Source: Eledone cirrhosa (Eukaryota). From it: a DNA stretch of 64,000 nucleotides. Within the stretch, counting starts at the first letter, position 1; every line of letters starts with the position of its first letter. Positions 54,218-64,000 of the stretch are shown here, one piece after another. The notes under the pieces were generated by a model. It was not told the DNA's origin. It did no database searches and was given only the letters and a program-made list of their open reading frames with translations. The stretch lies in contig OZ024765.1 in NCBI GenBank assembly GCA_964016885.1, positions 22,754,001-22,818,000 on the forward strand. Reading direction: 5' to 3'. The translations under genes were made by a program, and so were the position numbers.

Positions 54218-54878
54218 ATTTCTTCTTCTTCTTCTTCTTCTATTTCTTTTTCTTTTTCTTCTTCTTCTTCTTCTTCTTCTTCTTCTTCTTCTTTGCCTTC
54301 TTCTTCTTTGCCTTCTTCTTCTTCTTTGCCTTTTCTTCTTCTTCTTTGCCTTCTTTGCCTTCTTTGCCTTCTTCTTCTTCTTTGCCTTCTTCTTCTTCTT
54401 TGCCTTCTTCTTCTTTGCCTTCTTCTTCTTCTTCTTTTCCTTCTTCTTCTTCTTCTTCGTCTTCTTTGCCTTCTTCTTCTTCTTCTTCTTCTTCTTTGCC
54501 TTCTTCTTCTTTTCCTTCTTCTTCTTCTTCTTCTTCTTTGCCTTCTTCTTCTTCTTCTTCTTTGCCTTCTTCTTCTTCTTCTTCTTTGCCTTCTTCTTCT
54601 TCTTCTTTTCTTTCTTCTTCTTCTTCTTTGCCTTCTTCTTCTTCTTCTTTTCCTTCTTCTTCTTCTTCTTCTTCTTTGCCTTCTTCTTCTTCTTCTTTTC
54701 TTTCTTCTTCTTCTTCTTTGCCTTCTTCTTCTTCTTCTTCTTTGCCTTCTTCTTCTTCTTTGCCTCCTCCTTCTCCTCCTCCTCCATCTTCTTCTTCTTC
54801 TTCTTTGCCTTCTTCTTTGCCTTCTTCTTCTTCTCCTCCTCTCCCTCCTCCTTCTTCTTCTTCTTCTTCTTCTTCTTG
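54218..54878. repeat. Compound (TTC)n / TTTGCC microsatellite (polypyrimidine tract)
   Basis: Direct observation. Confidence 0.97.
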
Positions 54879-55244
54879 CTCTACCTGGAGTGACTCTCTC
54901 ATCTCTCATCTCCAAGCTACACTCTATCGAGTAACGTTACTCCAGAGACCCTTCAGAGGGACCCCATTTTGGCCGCTTGTATTCACGATCATATTCTTCC
55001 AGTCCTTAGCCAAGATATTTAACCATATTTTGATGTACAATATGAAGACCTACGCAGGGTTGCTGCTTTCTTACAATTATAAGTGTATTGTCCTTTTTGG
55101 AGTAGCAGATGTGGAGAATTTTCTGACAAAAATTAACTAAATTTCATGGACCCTTACCACTGGGCCACACACAACCCTAAGTCTAGCTGGGTGTATTTTA
55201 TTTGCAGGTTTTATTCCTTTATTCCAACTTTTGTGTTTTTTCAG

Positions 55245-55331
55245 CCTAAAATCTGGAAGATATCTTCTCAGTCATTCCGTTGGAGAAACGAGTTGTTTCA
55301 TTAGTGAAGCTGTAATGAGGCAACACACTTT
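55245..55331 (+). CDS. ICE2: ICE2 exon (LKSGRYLLSHSVGE)
   Basis: Resembles LQEGSYLLSH (recalled). Canonical splice sites, phase 2/2. Confidence 0.88.
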
Positions 55332-55364
55332 GTAAGTTGTTTCAGTTTGTGTATCATCCTCATC

Positions 55365-57582
55365 AGCACCGCCACCATCAGCATTACCATCACTGCCACC
55401 ATCAACATTACCATCACTGCCACCACCACCATCAACATTACCATTATCATTACCACCACCACCACCACCACCACCATCAACATTACCATTATCATTACCA
55501 CCACCACCACCACCACCACCACCATCAACATTACCATCACCGCCACCATCACCATCAACATTACCATCACTGCCACCACCACCATCAACATTACCATCAC
55601 TGCCACCACCACCATCAACATTACCATCACCACCACCACCACCATCAACATTACCATGACTGCCACCACCACCATCAACATTACCATCACCACCACCACC
55701 ACCATCAACATTACCATCACTGCCACCACCACCATCAACATTACCATCACTGCCACCACCACCATCAACATTACCACCACCGCCACCATCACCATCAACA
55801 TTACCATCACCGCCACCATCACCATCAACATTACCATCACCACCACCATCACCATCAACATTACCATCACTGCCACCACCACCATCAACATTACCATTAT
55901 CATTACCACCACCACCACCACCACCACCATTATCATTACCACCACCACCACCACCACCACCACCATCAACATTACCACCACCACCACCATCACCATCAAC
56001 ATTACCATCACCGCCACCATCACCATCAACATTACCATCACTGCCACCACCACCATCAACATTACCATCACTGCCACCACCACCATCAACATTACCATCA
56101 CTGCCACCATCACCATCAACATTACCATCACCGCCACCATCACCATCAACATTACCATCACCACCACCATCACCATCAACATTACCATCACTGCCACCAT
56201 CACCATCAACATTACCACCACCGCCACCACCACCATCAACATTACCATCACTGCCACCACCACCATCAACATTACCATCACCACCACCACCACCATCAAC
56301 ATTACCATCACTGCCACCACCACCATCAACATTACCATCACCACCACCACCACCATCAACATTACCATCACTGCCACCACCACCATCAACATTACCATCA
56401 CCACCACCACCACCATCAACATTACCATCACTGCCACCACCACCATCAACATTACCATCACTGCCACCACCACCATCAACATTACCATCACCACCACCAC
56501 CACCATCAACATTACCATCACTGCCACCACCACCATCAACATTACCATCACCACCACCACCACCATCAACATTACCATCACTGCCACCACCACCATCAAC
56601 ATTACCACCACCGCCACCATCACCATCAACATTACCATCACCGCCACCATCACCATCAACATTACCATCACTGCCACCACCACCATCAACATTACCATCA
56701 CTGCCACCACCACCATCAACATTACCATCACCACCACCACCACCATCAACATTACCATCACTGCCACCACCACCATCAACATTACCATCACCACCACCAC
56801 CACCATCAACATTACCATCACTGCCACCACCACCATCAACATTACCATCACTGCCACCACCACCATCAACATTACCATCACCACCACCACCACCATCAAC
56901 ATTACCATCACTGCCACCACCACCATCAACATTACCATCACCACCACCACCACCATCAACATTACCATCACTGCCACCACCACCATCAACATTACCACCA
57001 CCGCCACCATCACCATCAACATTACCATCACCGCCACCATCACCATCAACATTACCATCACTGCCACCACCACCATCAACATTACCATCACTGCCACCAC
57101 CACCATCAACATTACCATCACCGCCACCATCACCATCAACATTACCACCACCGCCACCATCACCATCAACATTACCATCACCGCCACCACCACCATCAAC
57201 ATTACCTTTATCATTACCACCACCACCATCAACATTACCATCACCGCCACCATCACCATCAACATTACCACCACCGCCACCATCACCATCAACATTACCA
57301 TCACCGCCACCATCACCATCAACATTACCATCACTGCCACCACCACCATCAACATTACCATCACTGCCACCACCACCATCAACATTACCATCACCGCCAC
57401 CATCACCATCAACATTACCATCACCGCCACCATCACCATCAACATTACCATTACCGCCACCACCACCATCAACATTACCATCACCGCCACCATCACCATC
57501 AACATTACCATCATCACTACCATCATCATCACCATAAACATCATCACCACCATCATCATCAACATAAACATCATCACCACCA
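55365..57582. repeat. 30-bp CAC/CAT-derived minisatellite, about 70 copies
   Basis: Unit CACCATCAACATTACCATCACTGCCACCAC. Confidence 0.96.
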
Positions 57583-57768
57583 CATCTGTGTGTCTCTCTG
57601 TGTCATCCTGTCTTATTACTCACTCTGTGGGTCACTCTGTCTCTGTGTTACCCTGTCACCCTCTGTCACCCTGTCACTATGTATCACTCTGTCTTTGTGT
57701 CTCTGTATCACCCTGTCACCCTGTACTCTGTGTCACCCTGTCTTACTCTCTCTTCTTATATTTTCAAG

Positions 57769-57917
57769 TTTCAGCTGCTTTGATCTCTACAAGAAATATT
57801 CCAAAAATATCAACGCTGCCCACCCCCTCAATGTTCCATGGATTCCCCTGGATACACAGCTGCTAACCCCTTATCATATTGTTAATGGAAGGATCCCGGC
57901 AACATTCAATCCAAAAG
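57769..57917 (+). CDS. ICE2: ICE2 exon (FDLYK...VPWIPLDTQLLTPYHIVNGRIPATFNPK); alternative in-frame acceptor at 57775
   Basis: Closely resembles the ICE2 C-terminal motif VPWVPLDPSLLLPYHIHHGRIPCTFPP (recalled). Confidence 0.92.
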
Positions 57918-57944
57918 GTAAGTGGATCATCATCACCACTATCT

Positions 57945-58480
57945 CAAAATAAATAATATCAAAATCTCGTAGATTCAATATTATGTGAGGTAAAGCCTTT
58001 ACTGTGACAATACAATAGTATATATAGAGTAATGTAAATGTTATGTGATATTATGTGAGGTAAAGCCTTTACTGTGATAATACAATAGTATATATAGAGT
58101 AATGTAAATGTTATGTGATATTATGTGAGGTAAAGCCTTTACTGTGAAAATACAATAGTATATATAGAGTAATGTAAATGTTATGTGATATTATGTGAGG
58201 TAAAGCCTTTACTGTGAAAATACAATAGTATATATAGAGTAATGTAAATGTTATGAGATATTATGTGAGGTAAAGCCTTTACTGTGATAATACAATAGTA
58301 TATATAGAGTAATGTAAATGTTATGTGAGATATTATGTGAGGTAAAGCCTTTACTGTGAAAATACAATAGTATATATAGAGTAATGTAAATGTTATGTGA
58401 GATATTATGTGAAAATACAATAGTATGTATAGAGTAATGTAAATGTAACATGAGGTGAAGCCTTTGCCATGAAAATACAT
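57945..58480 (+). repeat. 57/59-bp minisatellite inside a TTAA-MITE, interrupted by CR1 (element resumes at about 60295-60325)
   Basis: Same unit as 60687-61470. Confidence 0.9.
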
Positions 58481-58489
58481 GCCAACACA

Positions 58490-60292
58490 AAACGTATGGC
58501 AAAACTCTCTGCAATGGGTGTGAAGGATGATCTTTTTAACTGGTTGAAGCCCTTCATTCTCAGCCAAAGAGAGGTAGTCACAGTTCTAGGACAGCATTCT
58601 TCACCATATGAGATGTCATTTGGTGTACCACAGGGATCTGTTCTTGGTCCCCTTTTGTTTGTTGCATATATTAATGACATAGATGCCAACTTAAGGAATG
58701 CCACAGTACTAAAGTACGCAGACGACATCAAGCTGTACCTTGAGATAAAAAGGACAGATCCTGAACACTATAGATCTTGCTTGCAGTCTGACCTGGACAC
58801 ACTGCAACAATGGATCACAGACTGGCAACTCAAGCTGGCTGTGGACAAGTGCACCACCATGCATTTTGGGAGTAAAAACCCAGGGTCCACATACTCCCTC
58901 CACAGCACTAATATCAAGAAGTCTTCCTGTGAACGTGACCTGGGCATTACGGTCAGCAGCGATTTGCATTGGACAAAGCACGTCTCTAAAATTGTCAAGA
59001 AGGCTGAGGGTGTCTTAGCATCATTCAACAAGACCTTTGTCAGCCGCTCTCCAGATATCTATTTAAAGCTGTATATAGCTATGGTGCGGTCACACTTAGG
59101 ATTTGCATCACCAGTCTGGAACCCCTATCTTGCTCAGAACATTGACCGCCTGGAAACTGTTCAGAGACGTGCAACCAAGCAAATACCCTCCATCAGGCAT
59201 CTACCATACTCTGAACGCCTGGGCATGGATACATTAAAGCTCCGACTTCTGGCAACTGACTTGGTAGACACTCACAAAATTATTAACCATCTTGCCAACA
59301 ACAACCCTGAGTACCTTTTTGAATTCAATTTGTCTAACACACGTGGGCATGCCTACAAAGTCAGAAAACAGCACAGCTCCCATGACTTTCGGAAACATTT
59401 TTTCACGCTCAGAGTTGCTGAAGCATGGAACAAACTACCTGCATCAGTTGTTAGCTGTCGAGACACTGCATCCTTTAAGGCCTCCATGGAACAAACTACC
59501 TGCATCAGTTGTTAGCTGTCGAGACACTGCATCCTTTCAAACCTCCATGGAACAAACTCCTTGCATCAGTTGTTAGCTGTCGAGACACTGCATCCTTTAA
59601 AACCTCCATGGAACAAACTACCTGCATCAGTTGTTAGCTGTCGAGACACTGCATCCTTTAAAACCTCCATGGAACAAACTCCCTGCATCAGTTGTTAGCT
59701 GTCGAGACACTGCATCCTTTAAAACCTCCATGGAACAAACTACCTGTATCAGTTGTTAGCTGTCGAGACACTGCATCCTTTAAAACCTCCATGGAACAAA
59801 CTACTTGCATCAGTTGTTAGCTGTCGAGACACTACATCCTTTAAAACCTCCATGGAACAAACTACCTGCATCAGTTGTTAGCTGTCGAGACACTGCATCC
59901 TTTAAAACCTCCATGGAACAAACTCCCTGCATCAGTTGTTAGCTCTCGAGACACTGCATCCTTTAAAACCTCCATGGAACAAACTACCTGCATCAGTTGT
60001 TAGCTGTCGAGACACTGCATCCGTTAAAACCTCCATGGAACAAACTACCTCCATCAGTTGTTAGCTGTCGAGGCACTGCATCTTTTAAAACCTCCATGCT
60101 CCCTGAGATTCGCCAACACTACACCTGATATCCCCCTCCATACACACACACATGTATCTGTGTGTATATCATGACTCATACACTGTTCACTCTCCTGACA
60201 TTTGTACATTATTCTATGTACTATACATGCACCTTTGATGAGTTGTAGTGCACCTGAGCACTGTACACAACAATTTCATTATTATTATTATT
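58490..60292 (+). mobile_element. 5'-truncated CR1-type LINE (RT C-terminal half, 3' UTR, (ATT)n tail)
   Basis: Motifs GVPQGSVLGPLLF, YADD, RDLG, SPVWNPY, VQRRATK, TRGH and FFTLRVAEAWNKLP. Confidence 0.93.
59424..60098. repeat. 61-bp x 11 tandem repeat within the end of the CR1 ORF
   Basis: Unit bounded by CATG at 59424, 59485 ... 60095. Confidence 0.95.
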
Positions 60293-60466
60293 TAAATATA
60301 GAGTAATGTAAATGCTAAAGGGTTCATTGTAATGTAATGGCCAGTTTAAATGCTAAAGGGTTAAAGCACCCAGCTGACTCTGCAGAGGTTTGAACAGTAA
60401 CTTTCATGTTTGTATTCTATTGCTAGTACATTGCTTTGTTTATGTTGTTGTTGTTGTCTTTGACAG

Positions 60467-60543
60467 GGAAAAGAAAATGGAAGACCAAGAGCAATGTCTC
60501 AGCATTTCCACAAAAGAAAGGGAAGAAAACAAAGAAGACTTGA
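60467..60543 (+). CDS. ICE2: ICE2 terminal coding exon (GKRKWKTK...KKGKKTKKT*)
   Basis: TTTGACAG acceptor, phase 1, basic NLS-like tail, TGA at 60541-60543. Confidence 0.7.
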
Positions 60544-60556
60544 GACTGTCTCATGA

Positions 60557-61482
60557 TTAACCCTTTAGCATTTAAACCGGCCAGAATTCTCTCACCTCTT
60601 CCTGTTCAAACTGGTTATAACAGGCCACTCATACTGATGTTAAGTTATTGTTCTCAAAATAAACAATACCAAAATCTCATAGATTCGATATTATGTGAGG
60701 TAAAGCCTTTACTGTGAAAATACAATAGTATATATAGAGTAATGTAAATGTTATGTGAGATATTATGTGAGATAAAGCCTTTAGTGTGAAAATACAATAG
60801 TATATATAGAGTAATGTAAATGTTATGTGAGATATTATGTGAGGTAAAGCCTTTACTGTGAAAATACAATAGTATATATAGAGTAATGTAAATGTTATGT
60901 GAGATATTATGTGAGGTAAAGCCTTTACTGTGAAAATACAATAGTATATATAGAGTAATGTAAATGTTATGTGAGATATTATGTGAGGTAAAGCCTTTAC
61001 TGTGAAAATACAATAGTATATATAGAGTAATGTAAATGTTATGTGAGATATTATGTGAGGTAAAGCCTTTACTGTGAAAATACAATAGTATATATAGAGT
61101 AATGTAAATGTTATGTGAGATATTATGTGAGGTAAAGCTTTTACTGTGAAAATACAATAGTATATATAGAGTAATGTAAATGTTATGTGAGATATTATGT
61201 GAGGTAAAGCCTTTACTGTGAAAATACAATAGTATATATAGAGTAATGTAAATGTTATGTGAGATATTATGTGAGGTAAAGCCTTTACTGTGAAAATACA
61301 ATAGTATATATAGAGTAATGTAAATGTTATGTGAGATATTATGTGAGGTACAGACTTTACTGTGAAAATACAATAGTATATATAGAGTAATGTAAATGTT
61401 ATGTGAGATATTATGTGAGGTAAAGCCTTTACTGTGAAAATACAATAGTATATATAGAGTAATGTAAATGTTAAAGAGTTAA
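60557..61482 (+). mobile_element. TTAA-bounded piggyBac-like MITE with an internal 59-bp unit amplified about 13 times
   Basis: TTAA-CCCTTTAGCATTT ... AAATGTTAAAGAG-TTAA. Confidence 0.75.
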
Positions 61483-61614
61483 TCCACTGTAATGACGCAT
61501 TACAAGTGTTTGTGTGTATATATAGTATGTATATATATATATATAGTGTGTGTATATATATGGGTTTTAATGACTAATTGACCTTTAATTAATATGTGTA
61601 TATATATATATTTA

Positions 61615-61664
<50 letters not shown>

Positions 61665-61689
61665 CATGTATATATACATATATATATAT

Positions 61690-62560
61690 ATCATCATCAT
61701 CATCGTTTAACGTCCATCTTCCACGCTAGCATGGGTTTAGACGGAAATTGTCCCACTTGAGGCAAGATTGGTTGTCTTGCTCGTATAGGACTGTCTGGCG
61801 GGTTTTCTACAGTTGGATGCCCTTCCTAACACCAACCACGTTTACAGTGTGGACTGGGAGGTTTTTACCGTGTTACCTACACGGCCACATTACAGCGTGG
61901 ACTGTGTGCTTTTTTGTCGTGACACCTACACGATCTCATTTGTTTAGGACTGGATGTTGTGGTACCAACATAACTTTACATTGAAAGGGGCGGTGTTGAT
62001 GGGAGTGGGGGGATGGAGTAGGGGTAGTGGATTGGGGTGTATATTTGATTAAGAGGTGCCTACTGACTAGGTTTCGCTTTGTACATAGGTAAGGTGGGTC
62101 TTCTGTATTACTGTGTAGCGCCAAAGATCTCGGTCCAGTGACATTGTCTTGGAGAGGTGTAAGTGTGTAAGGTTGGAATTTATCAAGTCATCCCAGATTT
62201 TCTGGGTCTACCTACTCCGTAGCTTCCATCAATTTTGATCGCCCTGCACTTTTTTATACAGCTGTCGTCTTTCATGCGCATCACGCGACCATACCAACGT
62301 AGCCTTCTCTCAAGTAAACAGCATCTGATCCCCCTTATTTCTAATTTCTCACTTAGTTCATTTATGCTTTGCCGTTCACATATATTACTATTACACATCC
62401 AGCAGAGCATGCTTGCTTCGTTCCTCTCCAGTCTGTGCAGGTCCTCTGCACACAAAGCCCAGGTCTCACTGCCATGTAACATTGCTGTTCGTATACAGGC
62501 ATCATACAATCTGCCTTTTATTTAGAGAGAAAGCTTTTGTGGCCAACAGCGGTATAAGCT
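61690..62560 (-). mobile_element. 5'-truncated RTE-related LINE (ORF end plus long 3' UTR)
   Basis: ORF 62183-62509 contains MLHGSETW, RRLRWYG and GRPRK. (ATG)n tail. Confidence 0.88.
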
Positions 62561-62624
62561 CTGATGCTAAAGGGTTAAATATATTTTGAAGTTTACAGGC
62601 ATTTTTATGGACCACGTAATCGGT

Positions 62625-62917
62625 GTTTAAATACGAGAAGGTTATTAAACGAACGTATAACAGTAATCAGAGTTTAAATACGAGAAGGTTATTAAACGAA
62701 CGTATAACAGTAATCAGAGTTTAAATACGAGAAGGTTATTAAACGAACGTATAACAGTAATCAGAGTTTAAATACGAGAAGGTTATTAAACGAACGTATA
62801 ACAGTAATCAGAGTTTAAATACGAGAAGGTTATTAAACGAACGTATAACAGTAATCAGAGTTTAAATACGAGAAGGTTATTAAACGAACGTATAACAGTA
62901 ATCAGAGTTTAAATACG
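62625..62917. repeat. 47-bp perfect tandem repeat, about 6 copies
   Basis: Unit GTTTAAATACGAGAAGGTTATTAAACGAACGTATAACAGTAATCAGA. Confidence 0.95.
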
Positions 62918-63029
62918 ACGAGATTGTTTTTGAGGGTCTGACAGAATTATCGAATAAAATTGAAAGATTGGATTCTAAGTAAATGGACCGAGTAAAACAT
63001 GGAGAGACAAGAAAATGGAGTGAGATACA

Positions 63030-63295
63030 TTCATCATCATCATCATCATCACCGTTTTACGTCCGTTCTTCCACGCTAGCATGGGTTAGACATGTCGTCC
63101 TGTTGTGGGCAGTGTCTGGTCGGCTGACCATGCCTTGCTCATACAGGAACTGATCTGGCTTGATGTCTACAGCTGGATGCCCTTCCTAACACCAACCTCA
63201 TTTACAGTGAGTGCTGGGTGCTTTTTCGTGGCGCCTACACGTCCACTTTACAGTGTGGGCTGGGTGCTTTTTTGCTGTGGCACCTCCACAACCAC
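63030..63295 (-). mobile_element. SINE/RTE 3' tail fragment
   Basis: GGATGCCCTTCCTAACACCAACC core and (CAT)n. Confidence 0.75.
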
Positions 63296-63519
63296 CTTGC
63301 GTTACATTTCTGAAACGACCCTTCGGCAAGGATAAAGATTCAAAGAATTCTGAAATTTTTTACCACCGACAGGTTCATTTTATACTTGCTGAGAGAGAGG
63401 GAAGGTGTGAGAGGACCTGTAGGCTTATAAACAATGCATTGGGAGACAGAGGAGAAGAAGAAGGAAAAATGTTCCCGAAAGAGTTAACGAGTAGGTTATT
63501 TTACGTATGTATGTATATA

Positions 63520-64000
63520 CAGGGTGCAGACGATATTTGTTTGCAAGATTACTGTCTAGGAAAAATTAACACAGTAGTTTTATTTTTTAAGGTTTATTTA
63601 TCAAACTTTGGTCAGTTTGTTTTCATGACTTGTTCTTTCAATCTCACTCGATAAACCCACCATGGGCTTTGATGACGGCCTCAAGGTGGCCTCGAAACCG
63701 GCTACAGGCCTTCATCACTGTCCCCAGACTTAGGCCCCTACCTAAAGGCACTTGTGATCCTGGTCTTCAGATTGTCTTTCGTATTGCAGCTAGATCTGTT
63801 GGTGTCTCGTTCCACTGCGCCCCGCACAAAGAAGTCGAGGGGGTTGCAGTCAGGCGAGCTGGGAGGCCAGATGTCAGGTGAAGTGTGGTCGACGAAGTTC
63901 TCTGACAGCCAGGCTTGGGTCTTGCTGCCACACGTACGGCCTACCTGCAGCTACCTGGTCGATCCAGGGCTTTACTACCTCGCTCAGAACGCGGATGTAG
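63520..64000 (-). mobile_element. Tc1/mariner DNA transposon, 3' end with decayed transposase
   Basis: - strand reads IWPPSSPDCNPLDF...ACSRFRGHLEAVIKAHGGFIE* (stop 63644-63646). TA-CAGGGTG terminus. Confidence 0.85.

Noticed and set aside
54134-57866. Poly-Lys/Arg/Glu/His/Thr ORFs
   Set aside because: Trinucleotide-derived repeats inside ICE2 introns. Only 57769-57917 of the His-rich ORF is supported as coding.

Overview
Eukaryotic, repeat-dense DNA. The SINE/LINE repertoire and the TGEKP C2H2 array suggest a coleoid cephalopod such as an octopus (inference). More than half of the window is tandem minisatellite. A + strand multi-exon gene runs through it: 11 phase-consistent exons from 22445 to 60543 encode the central and C-terminal part of ICE2/NARG2 (little elongation complex subunit 2), including a 3.5-kb Pro/Ser/Thr repeat exon. 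A 12-finger C2H2 gene (19368-20396, - strand) is probably nested in an upstream ICE2 intron. Mobile elements include decayed RTE and CR1 LINEs, tRNA-derived SINEs, a TTAA MITE and a Tc1/mariner end. Two observations stand out. (1) Three (TA)n-associated foldback elements in one ICE2 intron each carry a Penelope-type hammerhead ribozyme motif in both arms, one of them a U3-A8 core variant, and a fourth motif lies at about 17.4 kb. (2) Most minisatellite arrays can be traced to a short segment of a transposon whose unamplified copy is also in the window. All calls were made by eye; no database searches were run.
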